DNA of 64,000 nucleotides from an uncultured virus (IMG/VR IMGVR_UViG_3300035668_000001) (Duplodnaviria; Heunggongvirae; Uroviricota; Caudoviricetes), in the IMG/VR virus record IMGVR_UViG_3300035668_000001. One strand, given 5' to 3'. Position 1 is the stretch's first letter. Every line of letters starts with the position of its first letter. A program made the translations under genes and the position numbers. Below, piece by piece: positions 46,410 through 56,137 of the stretch. The notes beneath the pieces were generated by a model, which saw only the letters and a program-made list of their open reading frames with translations, was not told the origin of the DNA and did no database searches.

Positions 46410-46440
46410 GCCCGCGTCCCCGACGCCCTACCCCTGCTGG

Positions 46441-46482
46441 TAAACCCCGTGTACACTACGGGGTGTGGGGGAAGCGTCCCCC
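46441..46482 (+). promoter_or_regulatory. Conserved promoter + hairpin (loop variant AAGCGT)
   Basis: TAAACCCCGTG-TACACT; GGGGG-AAGCGT-CCCCC. Confidence 0.75.
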
Positions 46483-46498
46483 GGACAAGGAGCCCCCG

Positions 46499-47146
46499 AT
46501 GACCGACCAGGCAGCCCGGGTCACCGGCCTGGCCCAGCAGACCCCGGCCGAGATCGACTTCCAGCTCGCCGACATCTGGGACCGCTTCTACACCGCCCGC
46601 GACAAGCGCGACCAGCACCGCAAATGGCTGACCCAGATTGTCGAACGCCAGGAGGAAGTCGCCGCCGGCACGTACCGCGGCTTCTACACCGCCACCGAGG
46701 CGAAGCGGGACGCCGAGACGGTCGCCCGGATGGAGGCCAAGATCGCCTGGCTGGCCGCCGCGGCGCTGACGATCCTCGAAGAGACGGTGCCGTTCGACTC
46801 GGAGCATGTCCGCCGCAACGGCTGGACCCGCGCCTACTTGGTCGACAACAACGGCGGCCACGTCCACACGTCGATGAACTGCCGCACCTGCTTCCCGACG
46901 ACCCGCTTCAACTGGCTCCCACAGGTGTCGGGTTGGACTGAGGCGCAGGTCTTGGCCGAGGCCGGGAATTCGGCCTGCTCGGTCTGCTACCCGACCGGCC
47001 GCGTCAAGGGCAAGCGGAACGCGAACCTGCTGGACCGCCCGGACCGGATCGCCGAGCGGGAGGCCCGCGCCGCCGCGAAGGCCGAGCGTGAGGCGAAGAA
47101 GGCAGCGAAGGCCGGACGGCAGCAGACGGGACGGTACCCCCGATGA
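46499..47146 (+). CDS. Hypothetical protein with Zn-binding motif
   Basis: AAGGAG RBS; GGHVHTSMNCRTC...CSVCYP. Confidence 0.7.
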   Translation: MTDQAARVTGLAQQTPAEIDFQLADIWDRFYTARDKRDQHRKWLTQIVERQEEVAAGTYRGFYTATEAKRDAETVARMEAKIAWLAAAALTILEETVPFDSEHVRRNGWTRAYLVDNNGGHVHTSMNCRTCFPTTRFNWLPQVSGWTEAQVLAEAGNSACSVCYPTGRVKGKRNANLLDRPDRIAEREARAAAKAEREAKKAAKAGRQQTGRYPR

Positions 47147-47448
47147 GCAGAAGCAGAGATCATCACCCGCGCGACGACTCCGTATGCCCGGACCGGACAG
47201 CGTGCGCCCGCCTGTACCACGACGTCCAGCTCACCCCCGGCGACTGCTGCGAATGCTGTGGGGTCGTGTACGAAGGCCAGCCGGATGCCGTCGGCGAGGC
47301 GTTGGGGTCCGCCACCGACGCGGCCGATGCGCTGGGTGTCGACATGGCCGAAGTGTGGACGATGGTGGCTGCGGGCGCCCTGATCGCCACCCGCCCGGAC
47401 GACCGGGCCCCTTGGAACATCTATCGCAGTCCGAAGGGAGTCTGGTGA
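47143..47448 (+). CDS. Hypothetical protein (Cys-rich N-terminus, excisionase-like HTH)
   Basis: SATDAADALGVDMAEVWTMVAAGAL. Confidence 0.5.
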   Translation: MSRSRDHHPRDDSVCPDRTACARLYHDVQLTPGDCCECCGVVYEGQPDAVGEALGSATDAADALGVDMAEVWTMVAAGALIATRPDDRAPWNIYRSPKGVW

Positions 47449-47672
47449 CCATCATCGCCCAGCTCCTCCCCGACTTCCCGCCGTGCACTGTCCGCGGCCA
47501 CGACCACCCACTCACCTACCTGCACACCACCGTGCAGAAGCAGACGGGGGACGAGGGCCACATGCTGGAATGCCCCACCGGCGCGTACCGGTTCTTCTAC
47601 CTCGCCCCGGTGTGGGCCGCACTCGGCACGATGGCCCGCTACTCCCGCCCCCGCTACGGCTGGCCCGGATGA
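47445..47672 (+). CDS. Hypothetical protein
   Basis: AAGGGAG RBS, GTGA overlap. Confidence 0.55.
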   Translation: MTIIAQLLPDFPPCTVRGHDHPLTYLHTTVQKQTGDEGHMLECPTGAYRFFYLAPVWAALGTMARYSRPRYGWPG

Positions 47673-47998
47673 TGCCCGCGCCGGCCAGCCTGCCGATCGG
47701 GAACATCGCGGAGACGATCCGCACCACCCTCGGCATCCAGACCCATTCGGCACGGGCAGGGTCGACCCTCCTGTTCGTCACCACCCTGGCCGACGGCCAG
47801 CTTGTGGTCGTGGCGGACAAGGACGGGCCTCTGGTGCCCCGGTACGGGCACAGGGCCGACGTGCAGGGGTTCGGCGTGGGTGTGTACGCGTGCGCCCGCG
47901 CCTACCTCGAGCGGCAGCCCCCGGAGTCGTTCCGGGTGACAGATCCGACGCTGGATGCGCTGGCGGAGGCGCTGGCGGAGATCCGCCCGGCTGGCTGA
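47669..47998 (+). CDS. Hypothetical protein
   Basis: ATGA overlap. Confidence 0.55.
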   Translation: MMPAPASLPIGNIAETIRTTLGIQTHSARAGSTLLFVTTLADGQLVVVADKDGPLVPRYGHRADVQGFGVGVYACARAYLERQPPESFRVTDPTLDALAEALAEIRPAG

Positions 47999-48030
47999 AA
48001 CTGGCCTGGCCAGGAACACCCCACCGGTGG

Positions 48031-48074
48031 TAAACCCCATGTATGCTGTGCGGGTACGGGAGCGACCCCGTACC
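48031..48074 (+). promoter_or_regulatory. Conserved promoter + AGCGAC hairpin
   Basis: TAAACCCCATG-TATGCT; GGTACGGG-AGCGAC-CCCGTACC. Confidence 0.85.
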
Positions 48075-48094
48075 GAAAGCGACGGAGGAACCCC

Positions 48095-48718
48095 ATGAAG
48101 ACCAAAGACCTCGCCACCGGCACCGTCTACGCGTGCAAGGTCAAGTACAGCAAACCGATGCAGGTCGTCCTCCTCGACCTCGACCAGCTCTACACGACCA
48201 CCTTTGCCGCCCGCACCGGTCGCGCCGACCGGACGACCCGCCTGCTCGAGAAGGCCCGCGCCGGCGCCCGCCCGCAGGTCGCCTCGAGCTACATGGGTGC
48301 CGCGATCGGCTATCTGGTCGCCGCCCCGCTCACCCACTACTACGACGACGACGGCCCGGTGGCCGACGTCGGCCAGCTCTTGGCCGTCACCGCCGACCAG
48401 GCCGTCACCGAGCTGGCGTGCGAAGGCGAGCTTCGCGCCGCCGGCATCCAGGTCTTCGTCGTCCAGCCCCGCGACCTGATGGGCGAATGGGACACGGTCG
48501 CCGCCGCCGAACAGACCGCCCACGACGCCGACTTGGCCGCCGCGCAGGCTGCCAAGGCCTACGCGGCCGCCGCCAAGGCCCGCGCCGAGGCCGCGGTCGA
48601 CGCCCTAGCCGACCTCGGCATCGACGCCTGCGTCGACTACGCCCGTTTCGGCGACGGGTACGTGGTTACCCTCACCGCCGCCGCCATCGTCAAGCTCGCC
48701 GCCACCCGCGCGGCCTGA
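48095..48718 (+). CDS. Hypothetical protein
   Basis: GGAGG RBS. Confidence 0.7.
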   Translation: MKTKDLATGTVYACKVKYSKPMQVVLLDLDQLYTTTFAARTGRADRTTRLLEKARAGARPQVASSYMGAAIGYLVAAPLTHYYDDDGPVADVGQLLAVTADQAVTELACEGELRAAGIQVFVVQPRDLMGEWDTVAAAEQTAHDADLAAAQAAKAYAAAAKARAEAAVDALADLGIDACVDYARFGDGYVVTLTAAAIVKLAATRAA

Positions 48719-48772
48719 TCCCGACCTACCCCGTCCGGCGCCCGACCACTACGGAACATCAGGAGAAGACCC

Positions 48773-49141
48773 ATGACCGTGACGAACCCCAACCCGGGAC
48801 ATGAGACGACCCCGATGATCCACCCCCGGTGGGAGGAAATCGTCCACGTCGACAAGCTCCTCGCGCCCGTCGTCGCCGCCTGCTGGGACAACGGCATCGA
48901 CACATTCGGCTGCTGCCAGGACATCGACGGGATCGCGAACATCGACTTCCCGACGGTGCAGGACATGTGCGACTTCGCGGTGCTCGTCGGCGTGTCCGGG
49001 GTCGACACCTCGACAGGGTGGCGGTGGTCTTCGTGGAGCAACGGCAACGACGACTGTGACGACGACATGGGCAGCGTCGGGTTCCCGGCCGCGCAGATCG
49101 GGGACCTCGCCGCCGCTGTCGTGAACGCCTCGGAGTCCTGA
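48773..49141 (+). CDS. Hypothetical protein
   Basis: AGGAG RBS; GIDTFGCCQ motif. Confidence 0.65.
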   Translation: MTVTNPNPGHETTPMIHPRWEEIVHVDKLLAPVVAACWDNGIDTFGCCQDIDGIANIDFPTVQDMCDFAVLVGVSGVDTSTGWRWSSWSNGNDDCDDDMGSVGFPAAQIGDLAAAVVNASES

Positions 49142-49232
49142 CAGCGCCCCGGATGTCCGCCGCCCCGCGACGGTAGAGCTGCCACGGGCGGATCGTTCCG
49201 AATGTCAACGGTCAGACCCCTGCCGCAGCGGG

Positions 49233-49280
49233 TAAACCCCGTGTATGATCGGTGGTGCGGAGGTCGGTAGCGACCCGCCC
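49233..49280 (+). promoter_or_regulatory. Conserved promoter + AGCGAC (weak stem)
   Basis: TAAACCCCGTG-TATGAT; GGTCGG-tAGCGAC-CCGCCC. Confidence 0.7.
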
Positions 49281-49303
49281 CCGCCACCCGATGGGAGAGC
49301 GTC

Positions 49304-49558
49304 ATGGACGTCACCGAAACCACCACGAACATCGCGGCCCGCACCCGGCAGGCAGTAGGCAACGTCGTCGCCGTCCTGTGGCGCCCGATGGTCATGGCCG
49401 CCGGGATCGCACTCATCCTCTTCGGAGTGGGCGTCGACCCGACCTGGCCACTGATCGCCTACAGCGTGTTCGCCGCCGCCGTCATCGCCGTCTTCATCAT
49501 CGCGTCGACCATGCGGCACCGGCGGGACATGGCCGAATGGAAGGCGACGAACCGGTGA
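49304..49558 (+). CDS. Small 2-TM membrane protein
   Basis: GGGAG RBS; two TMs. Confidence 0.65.
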   Translation: MDVTETTTNIAARTRQAVGNVVAVLWRPMVMAAGIALILFGVGVDPTWPLIAYSVFAAAVIAVFIIASTMRHRRDMAEWKATNR

Positions 49559-50004
49559 CGGATGCCGCACCGTTCCGCATCCTCGTCACCGGCTCCCGCG
49601 ACTGGACCGACGAGCGGGCCATCGCCGCGGCGCTGCTCGAGGTACGCGACCGGGCCGTCACCGCCGGGCCGCAACGGATCCTCGTCGTCGACGGCGCCTG
49701 CCCCACGGGGGTCGACGAGATCGCCCACCGCTGGGCCCGCTTGTGGGGCTGGCTGACCGAGCGGCACCCGGCCGACTGGAACCGCTACGGCAAGGCCGCC
49801 GGGTTCCGGCGCAACGCGGAGATGGTGGCCGTCGGCGCCGACACTTGCCTGGCGTTCATCCGTCCGTGCACCAAGCCGGGATGCCCCGACCACGCCAACG
49901 GCCCGCACGGATCACACGGCGCGACGGATTGCGCCGACCGCGCCGAGGGGGCGGGCATCCCGACGGCGAGGTTCCTCGAGGGGCAGCGGGCGGGCACGCG
50001 GTGA
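49555..50004 (+). CDS. SLOG/YspA-like (DUF2493) protein
   Basis: RILVTGSRDW, GACPTGVD, HPADWNRYGKAAGFRRNAEMV. Confidence 0.85.
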   Translation: MTDAAPFRILVTGSRDWTDERAIAAALLEVRDRAVTAGPQRILVVDGACPTGVDEIAHRWARLWGWLTERHPADWNRYGKAAGFRRNAEMVAVGADTCLAFIRPCTKPGCPDHANGPHGSHGATDCADRAEGAGIPTARFLEGQRAGTR

Positions 50005-50126
50005 TGGACGACTACCCGTGCCCCGGATGCGGCTACGAGGGCCCGCACACCCCGACGGACGACGACGACGACGTCGACAGCTACGAGTGCGGCAGTTGTC
50101 TCGACGTCTTCGACGCCGCTGACTAG
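50004..50126 (+). CDS. Tiny Zn-ribbon protein
   Basis: CPGC...CGSC; TGATG coupling. Confidence 0.5.
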   Translation: MDDYPCPGCGYEGPHTPTDDDDDVDSYECGSCLDVFDAAD

Positions 50127-50136
50127 GGAGCGCATC

Positions 50137-50490
50137 GTGACCGATACCACCGACTTCCCGAACGACCGCGAGATGCTCGCGCTGATCGGCGGAACCCGCA
50201 CCGACCGCGACCTGCGCCTGTTACGCGAGTCGATGCAGTACTTCGTGGCTACCCGCGAGGCGGCGGCCCGCGCCGACGCCGAGCAGTCCGTCGGTGACGC
50301 GCTGATGAGGCACGTCACCGAGCTGACCGAGTTCGTGGACCACGGCCCCGACGGGCTGGGCCAGGACGACACGTGGCGCGCCGGCGTGGCGTTCGCCATG
50401 AACCGGATCGTGGCCGACCTGTTCCTACGCGGGCACCTCGTCCTCGCCGACCCCGAGGAGGTGTCGAACGTCGGACTCCGAGCACCTTGA
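50137..50490 (+). CDS. Hypothetical protein
   Basis: AGGGAG RBS. Confidence 0.6.
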   Translation: MTDTTDFPNDREMLALIGGTRTDRDLRLLRESMQYFVATREAAARADAEQSVGDALMRHVTELTEFVDHGPDGLGQDDTWRAGVAFAMNRIVADLFLRGHLVLADPEEVSNVGLRAP

Positions 50491-50543
50491 CCCACCGCCT
50501 AAATGGCGTGTATGTTCTACGTGCCGGGACAGCGACCCCGGCA
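50487..50543 (+). promoter_or_regulatory. Conserved promoter variant + AGCGAC hairpin
   Basis: TTGACC-N18-TATGTT with TAAATGGCGTG; TGCCGGG-acAGCGAC-CCCGGCA. Confidence 0.8.
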
Positions 50544-50564
50544 ACCCGACGAAGGAGCGCCGTC

Positions 50565-50999
50565 ATGGCGACCAGCTCTGACCGACCATCCTCGACCCGG
50601 CTTCTGGCCGCGGTCACCGAAGCCCTCGACGACGCCGAACGGGCGTTGACGATGACCACCGCTTGCGGCACCTGGAAGTCCGGAGGGACCGCCGCCTGGG
50701 GTGCCGGCAGCGTCCGGCACTCCACTACCGACGACCTGCTCGGGACGTTCACGTACCGGGCCGACGCCGAGCACGCCGTCCGCTGGCAGCCCAACCGGAT
50801 CCGCGACCTGATCGCCGCCGAACGGGCCGAACTGGCGATGATCGCCCTGATGCGTGACCCGGACAGCGGCATCTACGACTCGTGGGCCGCCGCCGGGCAC
50901 CTGTACCGCATGGCCGTCCGCTGGGGACTCGCCCCTGACCGGTTCGCCGTCACAGACATGACCGCCGCCGACGCGCCCGACACCGACGGTGCGGCATGA
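50565..50999 (+). CDS. DUF6221-like protein
   Basis: AAGGAG RBS; AEHAVRWQPNRIRDLIAAER. Confidence 0.55.
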   Translation: MATSSDRPSSTRLLAAVTEALDDAERALTMTTACGTWKSGGTAAWGAGSVRHSTTDDLLGTFTYRADAEHAVRWQPNRIRDLIAAERAELAMIALMRDPDSGIYDSWAAAGHLYRMAVRWGLAPDRFAVTDMTAADAPDTDGAA

Positions 51000-51856
51000 G
51001 TTCCCCCGGAGCTGTCGACCGCTGGGACGCCGAGTACCGCACCGTCCCCGGCACGTTCACCGTCACCACCACCGCCCGTTTCCCCGAAGACCCAGACGAT
51101 CCGGACCGGGAGGAACTGGTCCTCGTAGACGGCTGGCAGATCGGCTCGACCTACCGATGCGCCGACGGCACCTGGGCGTCATGGGGACCGGCCAGCCTGT
51201 CGAGGTACCACCCGACCCGTGAAGCCGCCGGTGCGGCGCAGGTCCGGGCCTACGCGATCGACCCGTCCGTCTTCGACAGGATCGTCGCCGACGAACAGGC
51301 GACGCGGGCGGCTGAGGCCGTCCGGCTGCAAGCCGAGGACGAGGCCCGCCGGGCTGCCCGCGAAGACCAACGCCGGCGCGAACGCCTCGGCGACGACCTG
51401 CCCGGCCCGACGATCCTCACCATCCCCGCCTACCACGTCATCTACGCCGACGTCGGGGAGGTCACGGCCGTCAAGGAGTGGCTCGACGCCAACGGCGCGG
51501 AGTCCGTGTCCGGCGTCCACGAGATCCGTGTCGAACAGCGCGCCACCCGCCAGGTGATCGTGTACGAGGCGGTCCCGGGCTGGCACCTCAAGGCTGCCCG
51601 GTTCGTCGACGACACCGAGACGCACGTCACCACCATGACCGTCCCGCCGCCGCCATCGGTCACCGCCGCGCCGTGCCCGGACCTGCACGTGCTGTTCGAG
51701 GCGCACTGGCCTGCCGAGTTCCCGATGATCGCATGGGGCGTCCTGGCCTGCGGGCCGTGCACCCGCACGCTTCGCGAGTTCCGTGTCGTCCCCTGGCCTT
51801 GCCCGCCTGTGGCTGCCGTCATCGGCAACCGTTCACCCCTCGGCGGTGCCGCATGA
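50996..51856 (+). CDS. Hypothetical protein
   Basis: ATGA overlap; C-terminal CGPC...PWPCP. Confidence 0.65.
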   Translation: MSSPGAVDRWDAEYRTVPGTFTVTTTARFPEDPDDPDREELVLVDGWQIGSTYRCADGTWASWGPASLSRYHPTREAAGAAQVRAYAIDPSVFDRIVADEQATRAAEAVRLQAEDEARRAAREDQRRRERLGDDLPGPTILTIPAYHVIYADVGEVTAVKEWLDANGAESVSGVHEIRVEQRATRQVIVYEAVPGWHLKAARFVDDTETHVTTMTVPPPPSVTAAPCPDLHVLFEAHWPAEFPMIAWGVLACGPCTRTLREFRVVPWPCPPVAAVIGNRSPLGGAA

Positions 51857-52155
51857 GCTGCACCGGCATCCTCGACGGCAACGACGGGTACAGCCCGATC
51901 ACCCGCGACAACTGCGGCCGCTACTGCTGGACTCGCACCGATCCCGACACGGGCGAGGTCGTGTTCCACCGCACCGACCCGACCGGCGACGGCCTGTGGC
52001 AGTGGGTCCGCGTCGAGGACAACGTCAAGACGGGGGCGCCGGAATACCGGTGGCGTCTCCGCCTCGCCCCGGGAAAGTTCACTGTCCGCGCGCAGGCGTG
52101 GTCCATGGCCGATGTCCGCCCCAGCTATGCCGCACCGCTGCGTGGTGCGGCATGA
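51853..52155 (+). CDS. Hypothetical protein
   Basis: ATGA overlap. Confidence 0.55.
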   Translation: MSCTGILDGNDGYSPITRDNCGRYCWTRTDPDTGEVVFHRTDPTGDGLWQWVRVEDNVKTGAPEYRWRLRLAPGKFTVRAQAWSMADVRPSYAAPLRGAA

Positions 52156-52475
52156 AGGCCCTGTTCACGCGCCGGGCCGCCGTGCCGGAGCAGCGCGGGG
52201 GGCCTTGCTGCGGTGGACGCTGCGCCGTGGAGTTCAACGACCTGGTGGGCGAGCTCGACAAGGCGCTCGACGTGCTCGCCGACTTCGTGGAAGTCGAGGA
52301 GCATCTGACGTTCCCCGCTCTCGGGGAGGCGCTGCACGACTTGTCGCACCGCGCCCGCGGCCTACTGCTCGTCGTCGACGCGGGCACGCCCGTTGACACG
52401 TCGAAGCCGACTGGTCCGTCGCGGCCGAGGACGGCACCTGCCGACGCCGGCGACGGCACCGGCACGTACACCTGA
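52152..52475 (+). CDS. Hypothetical protein
   Basis: ATGA overlap. Confidence 0.55.
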   Translation: MKALFTRRAAVPEQRGGPCCGGRCAVEFNDLVGELDKALDVLADFVEVEEHLTFPALGEALHDLSHRARGLLLVVDAGTPVDTSKPTGPSRPRTAPADAGDGTGTYT

Positions 52476-52599
52476 GGTCGTCCGGAACCCGCACATCCAA
52501 CTCGAAGGACTGACCGGCCGCCGGGGGTCTGCCCCGCGACGCTGACCCGTCAACGGGCCTACCGTGCGCGCGCAACCACCCCCGACCAGGGAGCGCGCA

Positions 52600-53118
52600 G
52601 TGTCCCGCCGCCACCCGTACATCACCCACATCCTCGGCTACGAGCTGCCCGTCCCGCGAACCCGACGCGAGGCGGGCAGAGCCGTAGCGTCCGCCGTCCT
52701 CGCGCTGGTGGCCGCCGCGGCGATCGCCGGCATCGCCTACCTGCCCTCTGGTGCCCTCGCCGCCAGTGTCCTCGCGGTCGTCCTCGTCCTGGCGTCCGTC
52801 GCCTGGACCGTCCTGTCCTTCATCCACCGACACCTGCCCCCCGGCGAAATCCGGCGCCGGCGCCAAGTCGTGGCCCGCCGCGGCCGGTGGGAGGAACGCT
52901 GGGACTACGGCGGCCACTCCGGGCCCGCCCGCAGGCTGGTGTGGGTCGGCGAAGACCCGCCGCCCGTGCGGGGCATCACCCACATCTACGAGCCGCCCAC
53001 GCGACCCAACCCGCCCGGCGCCGGGCGGGACGACCCCGCCGCCTGGCACAACCTGGGGAACGTCGGCCCTCCCGACCGCGCCGAACGTTTGAAGTACCTG
53101 CCGCCCGTCGATGAATGA
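52600..53118 (+). CDS. 2-TM membrane protein
   Basis: AGGGAG RBS; two TMs. Confidence 0.6.
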   Translation: MSRRHPYITHILGYELPVPRTRREAGRAVASAVLALVAAAAIAGIAYLPSGALAASVLAVVLVLASVAWTVLSFIHRHLPPGEIRRRRQVVARRGRWEERWDYGGHSGPARRLVWVGEDPPPVRGITHIYEPPTRPNPPGAGRDDPAAWHNLGNVGPPDRAERLKYLPPVDE

Positions 53119-53386
53119 CCCGGCGCGTTGCGACTCCTGCGGGACCGCCGACGAGGGCGACTGGTTGATCGTCACCCTCGTCCACGACCAGTCCCGCCGC
53201 ATCCGCATCATCGCCGAGGAGCGCCCCACTGTCCGCGACGACCCGGCTGTCCACCGCGGCGAGGGCCCGTGGCGGTTCTGCTGCTCCTTCTGCCTCGCCG
53301 ACTGGGCGCGCGGCGTCATGCGGCCCCGTCGGCCCCGGGGCCCCGCCGGGGACAACCAGCCGGGGGAACGCCGGGACGCGACGTAA
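53111..53386 (+). CDS. Small Zn-finger protein
   Basis: CDSC...FCCSFC. Confidence 0.55.
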   Translation: MNDPARCDSCGTADEGDWLIVTLVHDQSRRIRIIAEERPTVRDDPAVHRGEGPWRFCCSFCLADWARGVMRPRRPRGPAGDNQPGERRDAT

Positions 53387-53447
53387 GGACCCGGCGGCGT
53401 CCACCGTGCACGCGACCGCACATCCGCGTGCACGGAGAGGACCGTCA

Positions 53448-55001
53448 GTGACGACCCCGACGCAGGACCCCGACGTCGGCGAGATTCTCGCCGCTGCCTT
53501 CCGCGCACTCGAGCCGGTCCAGTACCACCCCGCTGTCCTCCGTCCCGCCGCCCCGTCGCCGGGACGTGACCCCGACACCGGCGCCCCCTTGTTCTTCCCC
53601 ACCCCGGTCTTCGACGCCGACACCGCCCCCCTGTTCCTCGGCGACGTCGACGGGCTCGAGGACGACCTCGACGTCGAACTCGGCGACGGCGCCATGCCCG
53701 CCGAGCTCGCCGGATTCCGGGAGCGGGCCGCCCCCGCCCTCGCCCTGTGCTTGCCGCACCTGACCCGGGTCGGATCCGGGAACAACGGGATCATCGGTAA
53801 CGACGCCCACAGCTACGGGTACCACCTGTCGAGGAACCGGCTCCTCGGCACCGGGCACCGCGGCGACTACTCCATCACCGGCCCCCACGATGTCGGCGGC
53901 CCCAACGACACCGCCTGCGCCCTCGACTTGTTCATGCACGGCTGGCCCGCCTCCCGCGCCTGGGTGTCGTGGGCCCGCGCCGAACGGGCCGCCGGCCGGT
54001 TGCCTGAGATCGCCGAGCTGATCGGTTCCCCCGACGGCAAGCGGGCCTTGTACGCCGCCGACACCACCGGGTGGCGGTGGACCGTCTACCAAGGCGAGGG
54101 GCACATCTCGTGGACGCACGTCGCGATCTACCGGCAGAGCGCGAACAACGCATCGTTCGCGACCCGCGCCTTCGGCCGGTGGACCCGCAACGGCCTCGTC
54201 ACTCCCCGCCCGACCCCCCGCCCCCCGAAGCCGACCGCGGCGACGTACACCGTGCAGACGGGAGACACCCTCGTCAGCATCGGGGAGAAGACGGGGGTCC
54301 CGTGGCAGACGATCTCGGTGCTCAACCGCATCCGCCGCCCGTACACCGTCCACAAGGGGCAGGTACTCCGACTGCGCGCCGCCCCCCGGCCTGCGCCGAA
54401 GCCGCCGAAGCCGCCGAAGCCGACGACGTACCGGGTCCGCGCCGGCGACTCGGGGCTGATCGAGATAGCGGAACGTGTCGGGGTCCCGTGGCAGACGATC
54501 GCCTCACTGAACCGGCTCCGGCCCCCGTACATCATCCACAAGGGCCAGCTTCTGCGGATCCGCGCCTCCGCGGCCCGGCACGTGCAACCCGCCGCGTTCG
54601 CCGAGGCCGCGTTGCCGGACGGCGGCGTCGCGGCACTCCCTGCCCTCACCCCGGCGAAGATCTTGGGCCGGTGGCGGGCCGGGGACGGATCGGACCTCCT
54701 CGGCTTCTACGCCACGACCCTCCCCGTCCTCGCGTGCGGGATGGGTCACGTGACGGGGCACGGCGAGTACGTGTCCTTGATCCGTGACGCCCTGAACGCC
54801 CGCGGCGCGCACATCGCCGGGCTGGGCACCGAACCGGCGTTCGACGGGGACGTGTACATGAAGGCGATGATGTGGAAGGCGGCGCACGGTGTGGGCCCGT
54901 ACACGATGCCCGGCCAGCCCTTGTCGGGCTTCGACTACGCCGACGAATGGGGCACGGCGTCGTGGGCGTCGATCCTCGGCCAGACGTTGATTGCCGCCTG
55001 A
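53448..55001 (+). CDS. Endolysin-like cell-wall hydrolase with two LysM domains
   Basis: GGAGAGG RBS; GIIGNDAH..GYH...ACALD...GHISWTH catalytic-like region; LysM YTVQTGDTLVSI and YRVRAGDSGLIEI. Confidence 0.7.
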   Translation: MTTPTQDPDVGEILAAAFRALEPVQYHPAVLRPAAPSPGRDPDTGAPLFFPTPVFDADTAPLFLGDVDGLEDDLDVELGDGAMPAELAGFRERAAPALALCLPHLTRVGSGNNGIIGNDAHSYGYHLSRNRLLGTGHRGDYSITGPHDVGGPNDTACALDLFMHGWPASRAWVSWARAERAAGRLPEIAELIGSPDGKRALYAADTTGWRWTVYQGEGHISWTHVAIYRQSANNASFATRAFGRWTRNGLVTPRPTPRPPKPTAATYTVQTGDTLVSIGEKTGVPWQTISVLNRIRRPYTVHKGQVLRLRAAPRPAPKPPKPPKPTTYRVRAGDSGLIEIAERVGVPWQTIASLNRLRPPYIIHKGQLLRIRASAARHVQPAAFAEAALPDGGVAALPALTPAKILGRWRAGDGSDLLGFYATTLPVLACGMGHVTGHGEYVSLIRDALNARGAHIAGLGTEPAFDGDVYMKAMMWKAAHGVGPYTMPGQPLSGFDYADEWGTASWASILGQTLIAA

Positions 55002-55034
55002 AACCGGGGGAGCGTGTCCACTTCCCGAGCCGAC

Positions 55035-55085
55035 TAAACGGCGTGTACAATTGCGGTAGGTGCCGGTGGGGTGAGCGACCACCCC
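55035..55085 (+). promoter_or_regulatory. Conserved promoter variant + AGCGAC hairpin
   Basis: TAAACGGCGTG-TACAAT; GGGGTG-AGCGAC-CACCCC. Confidence 0.8.
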
Positions 55086-55113
55086 GGGACGCACCGCCGG
55101 AAGGACGTCCGTC

Positions 55114-55464
55114 GTGGACTACTCGCGCACCGAGGCCGCCGATACAGCGGCCCTCGACGACCTGCTCCGCGCCGCCGGGTCATCGGCCGCCGAGCTGCCG
55201 CGCACCCGATCCCCGAAGGGGAACCCGATGCCCCGTGCCATGGTTTTCACCGTCCTCATCGTCTTTCTCATCGCCTACGGGCTGTGGCACCTCGCCGCCC
55301 ACGCGTGGTCCCACGCAGCTCGCCGTGTCGACGACGCCATCGCCAGCATCGACGACCCCGACGACGGCTTCGACCACTGGGTCGAACGCCACCTCGCCGT
55401 CACCCCCGGCTGCGACACCCCCGGCTGCGTCACGTGCGCACTCGAGCGGGAAGGCGCCCGGTGA
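55114..55464 (+). CDS. Hypothetical membrane protein
   Basis: One TM; start may be 55228. Confidence 0.5.
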   Translation: MDYSRTEAADTAALDDLLRAAGSSAAELPRTRSPKGNPMPRAMVFTVLIVFLIAYGLWHLAAHAWSHAARRVDDAIASIDDPDDGFDHWVERHLAVTPGCDTPGCVTCALEREGAR

Positions 55465-55886
55465 CCACGCCGGCGCCGGGCACGGCGGCAACCGCCTGGC
55501 CGACCGCGGCCGAGTTGTACGAGTTCCCGAAGGACGTGCCGTGGCCGTCGCAGGAAGCGGCGTTGATCGTCCGCCGTCAGGTTGCTGCCCGTGAGGCAGC
55601 GGCCTACGCCCGCGGCCGCGACGAGGCGGTCGAGGCGGTGTGCGACTGCTACCCCGGGGGTGTCTCTCCGGAGGCGTACGAGGGGCCGCAGGAGTGGTGC
55701 GCGGTTCACGGCCAGGCGCGCTCGACCCTCATCCAGCACCGTGACGCGGCCCGGGCACTGGTGGACAAGCTCCGCGCCGAGCGGGCCGGCCTGCTCACCG
55801 AGCTGGGCAAAGCGATCGTCGAGATCGCTCGTCTACAGGCCGAGGCAACCGCCGCATCCGACCCCACCCACGAAGGACCACAGTGA
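55461..55886 (+). CDS. Hypothetical protein
   Basis: GTGA overlap; CDC...EGPQEWCAVHG. Confidence 0.6.
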   Translation: MTTPAPGTAATAWPTAAELYEFPKDVPWPSQEAALIVRRQVAAREAAAYARGRDEAVEAVCDCYPGGVSPEAYEGPQEWCAVHGQARSTLIQHRDAARALVDKLRAERAGLLTELGKAIVEIARLQAEATAASDPTHEGPQ

Positions 55887-56137
55887 CAACACCGACAAGC
55901 GAACCCCTCACCTCACTCACGCTGGTCGTGGGAGTCGAGGACGAGCTGGTGGAGGGCTGCCTCAAGGTCTACGTGGCAGCAAGGTACCTGGGCCTGTACG
56001 TCCTGATCCGGGACCCGGGGGTTCAGCGGGAGGTTCGAGACGCATGGCGCGGCAGGGGTCACCTCCTCATCTCTCTACCACCGCAGGGCCACTTCTACCG
56101 TGACGACGGTCACGAGGAGGGTGGTGACGCGGAATGA
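55883..56137 (+). CDS. Hypothetical protein
   Basis: Overlap-coupled. Confidence 0.55.
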   Translation: MTTPTSEPLTSLTLVVGVEDELVEGCLKVYVAARYLGLYVLIRDPGVQREVRDAWRGRGHLLISLPPQGHFYRDDGHEEGGDAE

